In this document: piece after piece, positions 49,596-58,035 of the stretch | Position numbering within the stretch: position 1 is the first letter of the stretch | Layout: the number at the start of each line of letters is the position of its first letter | Assembly: GCF_053078305.1 (NCBI RefSeq) | Contig: NZ_CP166879.1 | Strand: one strand, 5' to 3' | Length of the DNA: 64,000 bases | Program-made: the position numbers and the translations under genes | Notes under the pieces: model-generated | The model's database searches: none | The model's input: the letters and a program-made list of their open reading frames with translations, nothing else | Told to the model about the DNA's origin: nothing

Positions 49596-50150
49596 ATGAG
49601 ACTTACACCAATGGGAATACCGGGCAAAGCCCCGGCACATGTGAAGGCGTGGACACAGCAGGAAGATCGGTTACTCATCTCGCTTTATCAGGAACACAAC
49701 ACACATCAGATGGCTGAACGAATTCAGCGAACCCGTAAAGCAGTTATGCACCGGATTCGTTTTTTACGTAATCGTGGGCTGATTGGCCGCAAGAGAAAAG
49801 CACCACTGAGTACAGAAGCCATAGCCTTTCTTATTAAAAACCGTCATGTAAAAACCGCACAGGAAATGGCTCTGGAAGTGGGATGTAGTGAGTGCACAGT
49901 GAGGTACACACTGCGTAAACGGGGTTACAACCTGAAAAAATGCGGTGAGAACCACCATTGCGCCAGATACAGCGATCATCTGGTTGAGCTGGTCACGGAG
50001 CTACGCGACATACACAACATGACGTTCTGCATGATCGCTGAACACATCAACAGCACGATACAGATGCACATTAACGACGATGCGGCGTTTCATCTCTACC
50101 ACCGCCGCACAGCGGCTGACGCCGCGCTCTGTGAACTGTTACCGGGCTGA
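49596..50150 (+). CDS. Putative DNA-binding early protein with two HTH-like segments
   Basis: 184-aa ORF with GGAGG Shine-Dalgarno; two helix-turn-helix-like stretches judged by eye; no family assigned. Confidence 0.5.
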   Translation: MRLTPMGIPGKAPAHVKAWTQQEDRLLISLYQEHNTHQMAERIQRTRKAVMHRIRFLRNRGLIGRKRKAPLSTEAIAFLIKNRHVKTAQEMALEVGCSECTVRYTLRKRGYNLKKCGENHHCARYSDHLVELVTELRDIHNMTFCMIAEHINSTIQMHINDDAAFHLYHRRTAADAALCELLPG

Positions 50151-50269
50151 GTGATCATCATGCACACACAAAAAAACCGCTTGCCATGCCGCAATCAGTC
50201 AGGTTACATTCCCACTGCACCTCATAAAACGGGTGCCGGGATTACCACCCCGCCGACTACACAAGCGCA

Positions 50270-50291
50270 CAACCGCGCCAGCGGTTTTTTT
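50270..50291 (+). terminator. Intrinsic terminator inside the prophage early region
   Basis: AACCGC-gcca-GCGGTT hairpin followed by TTTTTTT. Confidence 0.5.
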
Positions 50292-50470
50292 GTGCGTACT
50301 GTATCGCCACGTCTTTTTCGCGTCAGAATTATGGCGGGGCGTACGGGGCCGACTTCGGTCGGGCCGGGGTCTTGTGTAGCCGGTTGTGGTAACCCTGTAC
50401 GTCTCGCCACCCTGAGATTACCGCCTCGGGTTGGTGAGTTTTCACAACTTACTACACAAGGGGCCACACC

Positions 50471-50698
50471 ATGGCAAACCGCAAACAACAGCGCGTCCGC
50501 GCTGAGCGTCTTCACATCCGCACCGAAATCAACCGCAGACTCTGGCGCGCATCACGCGTCGCGCAAATCATGTACATCAACATGCTGCATGAACACGCAC
50601 ACGCGCTGTCAGACCGTTACTGTGCCGCCGTCTTCAGCTACCTGGCGGATGACCTGGCAGAGCTGCAGGACCTTATCAACCAGCAACACCACCACTAA
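50471..50698 (+). CDS. Hypothetical phage protein
   Basis: 75-aa ORF with AAGGGG Shine-Dalgarno; basic N-terminus, His-rich C-terminus. Confidence 0.45.
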   Translation: MANRKQQRVRAERLHIRTEINRRLWRASRVAQIMYINMLHEHAHALSDRYCAAVFSYLADDLAELQDLINQQHHH

Positions 50699-50766
50699 AC
50701 AACATCCTGAAGCCATCCCGCACCCGTGCGCGGGAGGCTTCCGCACGTCTGTTACCGGAGGTTCTC

Positions 50767-51189
50767 ATGAAGAACGTTAAGGGACTTTCAGATATTCAGG
50801 ATTTTTTTAACTGGATGTGGGCAGTGGATCCCCGGCTGGCTTCCCGCCTGAACGACTGGCACGACTATTACCGCCGCGCCTGTAAACAGGCCGCCAGACG
50901 CGTCACCACATACGGGGATTTCTCCTTCACCGTTGACGGCAGTTACCGCGTGGACGTGAAAGGCGATGGTGATGGTTTTGGTTTTGGTTTATTTCACATC
51001 AACGGAACCGACAGCACCGCCATCAGCTGGTCGTCGTCAGAGATGACGCTTGTTCTGGAAATGACAAACCACAGCGTGGCCGTGAAAGGTATATACACCG
51101 CAGAAGACTTTATCGGTGAATACCAGCGCCTTCTCGTGCTGTACCGGGCAGCGTTTCAGGCGGCAACTGCCGGGGAGTGCGACGCATGA
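50767..51189 (+). CDS. Hypothetical phage protein
   Basis: 140-aa ORF with GGAGG Shine-Dalgarno; stop overlaps the gpA start (ATGA). Confidence 0.5.
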   Translation: MKNVKGLSDIQDFFNWMWAVDPRLASRLNDWHDYYRRACKQAARRVTTYGDFSFTVDGSYRVDVKGDGDGFGFGLFHINGTDSTAISWSSSEMTLVLEMTNHSVAVKGIYTAEDFIGEYQRLLVLYRAAFQAATAGECDA

Positions 51190-53705
51190 GCGACCATAAC
51201 GCACAACTGGCGTACCCGTGGAACGCCCCGCTGCCGGTTATCGATCCTGAAACGTTCGGCAGAGCGCAACCAACCGCATTACGCCAGGCCATTCAGAGCT
51301 ACATCAACGAAGACATTCGCACTGACGCCAGACTGGATGAAGAAACCGTCGCCTTCCTGACAACCACAGACGAAGGGAAGCGAATTAATTCGCATCTTCA
51401 CCACGACGAAGAGCGTCGGATCAGACTGGAAAAACTGACGCGACACAAACGCGAAAATCCACCCACGCTGGTATCTGAAGCCATGGCAGAGCTGCGCGCC
51501 CTGCCGCCGTTTCTTGCCGGTCCGCTCATCCGTGACCTGGCCCGCCTGAGCCGCAAACAGGAGAGCGCACGCCGGGAAGGGCTTAAGAATAACAGCGCAT
51601 ATGCGGCGGATAACTTCGTTCGTCACGGCCTGCGTGCCCGCCTGAAACGTATCGCCCGTGTGAATGAACGCTTTGCCACCCCGGCCTTTAAGGCCACCGC
51701 CGCCCGCGAACGGCTGGATGAACTGCTTATGCTGCCGCAGCTGAGCCGTGACGAAATCCAGCGCCTTGCCACCCTGACCGCCACCGCGTTTTCCGCCGCA
51801 CTGGAGCGCGCATGTGATGAGGTCATCGAAAAGACCGGCAGGGGTGACGATGACCTGTTCACCTGGTTACTGACCTACCAGCCACTGGCACGCATGGCGT
51901 TAAAACTGGGTATCACACCACCCTGCTGGCCGTCGCTGGAAATCAGACCCGACCGCCGCACCGCCCCCGACCCGGAACAGGTGCCGGGTGCGGTCATGCG
52001 CCTTTCCTGTGCGACATGGTGGAACAGTCAGTTAAGACACCTCCGGGACATCTGGCGTGAAGAGCTGTTACGCGCCGCAGGTCTGGTGTCACGTAAGACA
52101 TCGGTATATATCAGCCATGAAGCGTTACTGGACTGGCGCGAAAAACGCCAGCGCACCCGCGATTTTCTGAAGGCCTGGGACATCGAGAACGAAGAGGGAG
52201 AACGGTTCAGCCTTGAGGATATCTACTGGGCAGGTCTCTCTAATCCGCGTAACCGCCGTAACGAGATGATGGCCTGCGTCCGGGGAATGGAGCAGGTCGC
52301 CGAAGCACGCGGCGACCTGGCGTTTTTCGTCACCGTCACAGCCCCTTCCCGTTTTCACAGCGTGAACGATGACGGCAGCCTGAACCCGAAATACTGCGGA
52401 GCAACGGTACGTGATGCCAGTGATTATCTGGTTTACCGCTTTTTCGCCGCCGTCCGCAGGGCCATCAACAAGGCCGGGCTGGGCTGGTACGGCGTGCGCA
52501 CAGTGGAGCCCCACCACGACGGTACACCGCACTGGCACATGCTGGTATTCACCAGCCCGGAAAACGAAGCCCGTATCACTGAAATCATGCGCAACGCCGC
52601 CATCAGGGAGGACCGCGCAGAGCTGGGTGATGATATCTCCCCGCGTTTTAAATGCGAAAAAATCGACCCGGCAAAAGGCACACCGGCGAGCTATATCGCG
52701 ACCTATATCGGTAAGAACCTGGACGCCAGCGCCTTCATGGGGAATGACCCGAAAACCGGCAAACCTTACGTCGATAAGGAATCAGGCAAAACCATGGCCG
52801 AAACCGTGGAGAACGCCATCGGCTGGGCGGCCCTTCACCGCATCCGCCAGTTCCAGTTCTTCGGTATCCCTCCCCGCCAGGTATGGCGCGAACTCCGCCG
52901 CCTTGCCGGGCAGATGGCCCGTAACCCGGCTGCCCCGCAGCGTCTGGACCATGACGACATTGACGCCATACTGGCCGCCGCCGACGTGGGATGTTTTGCC
53001 ACCTATATCACCCGCCAGGGTGGTGTGCTCATTCCCCGCAACACGTACCTGGTCCGCACCGCATACGAAACTGCCGAAGAGGCCAACGACTACGGCGAAT
53101 TCCCGCAACGCATTTACGGCGTCCGCGCCCCGTCACTCGGGGAGCGCTACACCATATGCACCCACCCGGACACCTGGAAACTGGTCAGACGTAAGCCGGA
53201 AAACGAAGACCGCACGGACGAGGGTTTTGACGTTGAGTGCGGCTTTGCCGCACCTTGGACTCGTGGCAATAACTGTCCCCCTGACCAGAATCTGACCATA
53301 AACGACCCGCCAGAAAGGCAGCCGGACGGACGCAGGGAGCAGCGACTTACCCTGCCGGAAGGTGATTTGGGTGAATGGTTAAGGTCACTGACCCCCACAG
53401 AGCGAAAACAACTCACCAGGCAGCTGAAAAACCCGCCACCTGACACGGAAACCGTGAAAAACGGCGGCATCAGTGCGCCCGCTGGCGGCGTTCGCGTGAG
53501 TGTCGCACTGACCGCTGAGCCACACATCACCGCACAAATCACCCGTGAGCTTGATGCGCTGGGCGTGCAGCTGCATGAAAGCGCCGTCGTTTCCGTCCGG
53601 CACGGTGCCCGCGTGCGCCTGGCTGACGGGCGCACCGCGTACTGGAATGACAGCACCCGCCGCATTGATATCACCCCCGCACCGAATACGGAGGCGCCAC
53701 AATGA
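51186..53705 (+). CDS. Rolling-circle replication initiator endonuclease (P2 gpA-like)
   Basis: 839 aa from MSDHNAQLAYPW (ATG with GGGGAG Shine-Dalgarno; the ORF track uses a GTG 9 nt upstream); HUH motif GTPHWHMLVF; size and position as in P2/186. Confidence 0.85.
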   Translation: MSDHNAQLAYPWNAPLPVIDPETFGRAQPTALRQAIQSYINEDIRTDARLDEETVAFLTTTDEGKRINSHLHHDEERRIRLEKLTRHKRENPPTLVSEAMAELRALPPFLAGPLIRDLARLSRKQESARREGLKNNSAYAADNFVRHGLRARLKRIARVNERFATPAFKATAARERLDELLMLPQLSRDEIQRLATLTATAFSAALERACDEVIEKTGRGDDDLFTWLLTYQPLARMALKLGITPPCWPSLEIRPDRRTAPDPEQVPGAVMRLSCATWWNSQLRHLRDIWREELLRAAGLVSRKTSVYISHEALLDWREKRQRTRDFLKAWDIENEEGERFSLEDIYWAGLSNPRNRRNEMMACVRGMEQVAEARGDLAFFVTVTAPSRFHSVNDDGSLNPKYCGATVRDASDYLVYRFFAAVRRAINKAGLGWYGVRTVEPHHDGTPHWHMLVFTSPENEARITEIMRNAAIREDRAELGDDISPRFKCEKIDPAKGTPASYIATYIGKNLDASAFMGNDPKTGKPYVDKESGKTMAETVENAIGWAALHRIRQFQFFGIPPRQVWRELRRLAGQMARNPAAPQRLDHDDIDAILAAADVGCFATYITRQGGVLIPRNTYLVRTAYETAEEANDYGEFPQRIYGVRAPSLGERYTICTHPDTWKLVRRKPENEDRTDEGFDVECGFAAPWTRGNNCPPDQNLTINDPPERQPDGRREQRLTLPEGDLGEWLRSLTPTERKQLTRQLKNPPPDTETVKNGGISAPAGGVRVSVALTAEPHITAQITRELDALGVQLHESAVVSVRHGARVRLADGRTAYWNDSTRRIDITPAPNTEAPQ

Positions 53706-54106
53706 CCCGCTTTTATTGCGCCATGCAGCGCCAGCGTTTTGACGAAATGATGCGCCAGCGCACGCCCTTACTGACCCTGAACAACATTGCCACGGGGCCA
53801 CAACCGGGCGATGAGCTGGAAATCACGGTCGTCAGTCCCGATCGCACCACCACGGCCATCATCACCGACATACTCAACGGACGACCGGACAGCACCAACC
53901 GCAGCTGGCTTGTCGCCGTTCGTCCGCGCCGTCCGCCCGGAGAGCCGGAGCCGCTCACGCCTGCCGGAAAAATCATGCGGCAGTACCACGAAGAGCAGGA
54001 ACACAAACACAACGCAGAACTGACCAGAACACTGGCATCGATTAACCGCAAAGCGGCAATTGCCCGCTATGTGCATTCAGCCGCAGGCAGACAATCACGC
54101 AGGTAA
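53702..54106 (+). CDS. Hypothetical protein, first gene of the accessory cassette after gpA
   Basis: 134-aa ORF; ATGA overlap with the gpA stop; ACGGAGG Shine-Dalgarno; Pro-rich central segment. Confidence 0.55.
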   Translation: MTRFYCAMQRQRFDEMMRQRTPLLTLNNIATGPQPGDELEITVVSPDRTTTAIITDILNGRPDSTNRSWLVAVRPRRPPGEPEPLTPAGKIMRQYHEEQEHKHNAELTRTLASINRKAAIARYVHSAAGRQSRR

Positions 54107-54154
54107 ACAAAGACCATGAACATAACCAGAAACAGCCAACTAAAGGAGCGCACC

Positions 54155-54325
54155 ATGAACAGCACCAGGAGGATCAGCGACAGAGAGCTTACGAAAATGA
54201 TTGAGTCGGCACAGCAGCTGCTTTCACGACAAAACCCGGTCGTGGAAGAAACATGGTGGGAGAATTTACTGGCAGCACTGACCGAACTCCGGGAACGCCG
54301 GAACAACGAAGGAGCCGCCAAATGA
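54155..54325 (+). CDS. Hypothetical small helical protein
   Basis: 56 aa from MNSTRRISDRELTKM with AAGGAG Shine-Dalgarno; the ORF-track start at 54116 lacks one. Confidence 0.45.
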   Translation: MNSTRRISDRELTKMIESAQQLLSRQNPVVEETWWENLLAALTELRERRNNEGAAK

Positions 54326-54648
54326 AGACCCCAGGAATGACCGGAAAGGAAATCATTTTACGCTACCTGGAAACGCACACACGTTTCAGCGCCCCAGAAC
54401 TGGTAGAAAAACTGGGCGTGAAAAGAACCGTCATTAATCAGGCCGCCGGGAAAATGGTACGGGAAGGCCTGCTGGTTGTGGATGGATACACGGACAAGAT
54501 AACGCATTACCGGAAGCCAACGGAAAAGGAACGACAGGAACTGGCGCAACGGGCTGAACGGCAGCAGGAAAAATCAGTCATCGAAGCCTGCAAGCGCAGC
54601 GAAATCATGAAGCGAATTCTGTTTATCTACGGCGCTGCATTCCGTTAA
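54322..54648 (+). CDS. Putative winged-helix DNA-binding protein
   Basis: 108 aa MKTPGMTGKEIILRYLETHTRFSAPELVEKLGVKRTVINQAAGKMVREGLLV...; ATGA overlap with the upstream gene; AAGGAG Shine-Dalgarno. Confidence 0.5.
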   Translation: MKTPGMTGKEIILRYLETHTRFSAPELVEKLGVKRTVINQAAGKMVREGLLVVDGYTDKITHYRKPTEKERQELAQRAERQQEKSVIEACKRSEIMKRILFIYGAAFR

Positions 54649-54661
54649 AGGAGCTGGTGAG

Positions 54662-54688
54662 TCGGGGCAAAAATTCTTTTTGCCCCGG
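54662..54688. terminator. Bidirectional terminator between the accessory cassette and the ogr-like gene
   Basis: Perfect palindrome CGGGGCAAAAA-ttc-TTTTTGCCCCG. Confidence 0.7.
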
Positions 54689-54713
54689 CGAAGCAGCAGA
54701 CAAGCGAAGCGCG

Positions 54714-54977
54714 TCAGGAACGCCGCGACAGTAGTTCAAGCGCATACCGGCGATCTTCCGGGCGCATGGCATCAACAAGAAACTTCACCATATTGCGACC
54801 GGAGCGGGCGCCGGGGCTGAGGGTATGGGAAAAGGTCATCGTACAGACGAAGGTGTGCCCGCATTCGACATCACTGCATGCACAGTACAGATCCGCAAGT
54901 TCAGGGGTTTTCCAGTCTGTCTTCCGGATGACAGCAGGTGCGCCACAGTCAGGACACCGGGCTTTAAAAATCCGCAT
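54714..54977 (-). CDS. Ogr/Delta-family zinc-finger late-gene transcription activator
   Basis: 87 aa from MRIFKARCPDCG...YCACSDVECGHTF, matching the remembered Ogr pattern CPxC...YxCxNxxCxxTF; GGGAGG Shine-Dalgarno. Confidence 0.75.
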   Translation of the reverse strand: MRIFKARCPDCGAPAVIRKTDWKTPELADLYCACSDVECGHTFVCTMTFSHTLSPGARSGRNMVKFLVDAMRPEDRRYALELLSRRS

Positions 54978-55014
54978 CTTACCTCCCGATAACACGTATC
55001 CCGGGGAAGACATT

Positions 55015-56067
55015 TTACCCGACCGGCACCACTTTTTCTTCCGCCACATGCCCGGCTTCCACATCAAAACGAAGATAAAGGTGTTCCGGTATATCGGGAT
55101 CGCTGTTCACGGCGTTCATGATTTTACGCTGAAGCGGTATCACCTCATCCTTGCGGTACGTTTCACGCGTCGTTTCCGGGTTAGGGATGGTGGCCCCGTT
55201 CGTGGGGATGATCCCCGCAAGACCGGCAGGAAAGCGGTGTGCCGTAAACACATCCTGGGCGCTGATCCCCTTGATGTTTGAAAATTCATCCTTGGCGCTC
55301 ACCTCACCAATCGGAATAATTTTCACCCCATCCGGCGAACCTTTGGGGATGTTGATGTACAGATTGCGGAAATTTCCCAGCCCCTTAGACTCCGCCACCT
55401 TCTCGCGGATCTCATCCTCCATCTCCGTGGTGATCCCAGGGTCGTTCGTATACAGCAAAAAGCCCATATGCGCCCCGTTGTTGTAGTAACGGCGACGAAA
55501 AAGGCTGGCCTCGCTGTTCAGCAGCGCCGAGTGAATGCCACCGATATAATCCGGCAGCCCGTAAATTTGCTGACGCGGATCATACATCCGCAGAAAGATA
55601 ATATCTTCCGGCGTATAGACCAGCGCGGGACCTTCCTGAAGCACCACGAACTCACCGGTTTTGCGGCGCCGGAGATACAGCGACGGAAGCGGCTCAAGTG
55701 CCACGACGTCGCCGAATACGTTACGCACCTTGAGCAGGGCGAGATCGCCGAACAACAGGTAGTCAAATACCGCCTGTTCCATCTGGTCCGTTGTGAGGCC
55801 ACCACCGGTATAGCCCCCCGCCACCATGTTACGGCGGGCATACAGCACCCCACCGTGCTGGGCGTTAAGGTTCGGGAGCTGCGCCAGTGCCAGGCGGTTA
55901 ATCGGCAGCTGCCAGTGGTTGTGTTCGTTGTCATACCAGATGTTATGGTAGTCCGTGCCGGTGGTCAGCACCGGTTCCGGCTGACCAAACGTGATTGTGC
56001 TGCCACGTGCGGGCGTGAATGCTTTTTTCGTCACGCGTGACGTTTTGTTTCTGCGTTTCTTGCTCAT
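55015..56067 (-). CDS. Portal protein (P2 gpQ-like)
   Basis: 350 aa from MSKKRRNK, ATGA-coupled to the terminase stop; size and position as P2 Q. Confidence 0.75.
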   Translation of the reverse strand: MSKKRRNKTSRVTKKAFTPARGSTITFGQPEPVLTTGTDYHNIWYDNEHNHWQLPINRLALAQLPNLNAQHGGVLYARRNMVAGGYTGGGLTTDQMEQAVFDYLLFGDLALLKVRNVFGDVVALEPLPSLYLRRRKTGEFVVLQEGPALVYTPEDIIFLRMYDPRQQIYGLPDYIGGIHSALLNSEASLFRRRYYNNGAHMGFLLYTNDPGITTEMEDEIREKVAESKGLGNFRNLYINIPKGSPDGVKIIPIGEVSAKDEFSNIKGISAQDVFTAHRFPAGLAGIIPTNGATIPNPETTRETYRKDEVIPLQRKIMNAVNSDPDIPEHLYLRFDVEAGHVAEEKVVPVG

Positions 56068-57890
56068 GCGGCTTTCCCGAAGGCCCATGTGGACGGGCGT
56101 TCATAGTCATAATCTACAGGCTCATTAATCACGGCGTGCGAAATGGCAAAAAACACATCCGCATGCCCCGTAACATCCGACCGTTCCGCCACGAACGTCA
56201 GCGCGTTACCGCTTTTTGTGGTGGTGCGGCGTATGGACATGAACGACGCGGGGATCTCCGTGCGTTCACGGCTGGCCTCATCAATGGCGTCTTTCGCCCA
56301 CTCGATACGCTTATGGGCCACCACGTCTATCATTTTCATCACCAGGCGGTTTTTGCTCTCCACGCTGTAAAGAATGGCGTTAGCCTCACGTGGCGCAAAG
56401 CGACTGACGATATCAAACACCCCTTTCCCGATACCGGTGATATCTATGCCGATATAGGTAATGTTAAAGCGCTGCATCAGTTCGCGGATCTGATCGGCCT
56501 GCCAGGTGAAGTTAAATCCCTGCCACTGCCAGACGGCGAGTACACGGAACCGCTCGCCCTCATGGACAGGCGGAGCCACAATCACAAACGTGGAATTATC
56601 CCCGGACCTTGACGGGTCAAAGCCCGCCCATACCTCACGATTGCCGAACGGACGTGCCGCCGTGGGATCGTAGTCACCCCACGTCTCCATCTCCACCTCG
56701 CACCTGACCAGTTCGGAGAACTTAAATACCGCATCCTTGCTGTCAACAAACTCGCAGCCGTACAGCATCGCATAGGTGGTCGGGTTGTAGCGGTTCCTGA
56801 TACGTTCAATATCAACCCGTGCAGACAGGCCACCCGCCACCGCCTCTTCCAGCCGGATAATGTAGCGCCAGATCCCGTCAGGGCATTCACAGCCCACACG
56901 CATCGCGCTTTCTTTCGGAAACTCAACCGCACGACGCGCCGGGTCATCCCCGCGCCAGTCGTCACCATTCCAGACCAGATAAGCCTGGTGGGTTTTGGCG
57001 CTGGGTGTGGAAAAATACGTCGTGCGGTATTTGTCGTGGGTCGCCATTGCCGAGGCCACTTCATGCAGTCGCGTGAATTTTGGGATCCAGAACACCTCAT
57101 CGCCGTAAAGGTGGCCGTTAAATCCCTGGGCGGTGCTGACATTGGTGGACAGGAAGCGCAGCATTGCACCATTGCTCAGACGGATATGCTTACCCGTGAG
57201 CGTGATCCCAAACTGCAGGGCGAAGTTAATAATATATTCACGAAAGATTTCCGCCTGTACCCGTGACGCAGAAAAGAAAATCTGGTTATCACCGGTCACC
57301 ACCGCATCTTCGAACGCTTCCCATGCAAAATACCAGGTCATGCCGATCTGGCGGCTCTTGAGGATGAAACGGCGCTCACGGTGCCGGTTCTCGCGGCAGT
57401 GCAGCTGGTAGGCATAAAGATTTTTACGCGCCCATTCATCCAGCATTTCAGCAGTCAGTCCGGAAACGTCGTTTTTCCGGTAGCGCCGCTTTTTCCCTTC
57501 TCCCCCGCCGCAGGTCCCCGCAGCCGCGCCGTCCTCATACCCTGCCGGACGCAGGGCGGCAATTTCCGCCATCCTTTCAGCGTGTTTGTTTTTCTGGGCG
57601 ATGATCTTCACGTGCTGCGCGATAAGTTCACGCAGTTCGGCAAGTTCACACTCTGTCTTGCCCTCCCGTCCGGTCAGCACATCAATACGCCGGGCGATCA
57701 CGTCCTCAACGGATTCAGCGGGCAGCAGGGCGGCCCACTGCCCCACATCACACCAGTGGTAAACCGTGCGCGGCGGAATACCGAGTTCCGCCGCAATATC
57801 GCGGGGGTGCCACCGCTTCAGGTAAAGCGATCGCGCCGCCTCTTTGATTTCGTCAGAATATTTAGCCATGCGCCCATTATGGCGGCGCAT
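56064..57890 (-). CDS. Terminase large (ATPase) subunit (P2 gpP-like)
   Basis: 608-aa ORF directly upstream of the portal gene, divergent from the scaffold/capsid genes as in P2; exact start uncertain. Confidence 0.8.
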   Translation of the reverse strand: MRRHNGRMAKYSDEIKEAARSLYLKRWHPRDIAAELGIPPRTVYHWCDVGQWAALLPAESVEDVIARRIDVLTGREGKTECELAELRELIAQHVKIIAQKNKHAERMAEIAALRPAGYEDGAAAGTCGGGEGKKRRYRKNDVSGLTAEMLDEWARKNLYAYQLHCRENRHRERRFILKSRQIGMTWYFAWEAFEDAVVTGDNQIFFSASRVQAEIFREYIINFALQFGITLTGKHIRLSNGAMLRFLSTNVSTAQGFNGHLYGDEVFWIPKFTRLHEVASAMATHDKYRTTYFSTPSAKTHQAYLVWNGDDWRGDDPARRAVEFPKESAMRVGCECPDGIWRYIIRLEEAVAGGLSARVDIERIRNRYNPTTYAMLYGCEFVDSKDAVFKFSELVRCEVEMETWGDYDPTAARPFGNREVWAGFDPSRSGDNSTFVIVAPPVHEGERFRVLAVWQWQGFNFTWQADQIRELMQRFNITYIGIDITGIGKGVFDIVSRFAPREANAILYSVESKNRLVMKMIDVVAHKRIEWAKDAIDEASRERTEIPASFMSIRRTTTKSGNALTFVAERSDVTGHADVFFAISHAVINEPVDYDYERPSTWAFGKAA

Positions 57891-58035
57891 CCGGCCCGCA
57901 TTCAGGCAGAAAATTTCGGCTGTGTTCGGCTATCCCGCGTTATCCGAAGACAGCCGAATTCAGCCAGTAGCCCCCCGCTGTAAAAATCCCGACACTCACC
58001 GGAGTTCTTCAGATTTTCACGTAAAAGAGGCCACG

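Noticed and set aside
50151-50780. 209-aa ORF spanning the early-region gap and the next gene
   Set aside because: GC-rich open frame with no Shine-Dalgarno that crosses an intrinsic terminator and overlaps a better-supported ORF in another frame
54662-54688. GC-rich palindrome considered as a possible phage cos site
   Set aside because: It is a perfect hairpin flanked by A/T runs between convergent genes, which fits a bidirectional terminator, and it does not resemble the P2/186 19-nt cohesive-end sequence I remember; no cos-like sequence was found in the window
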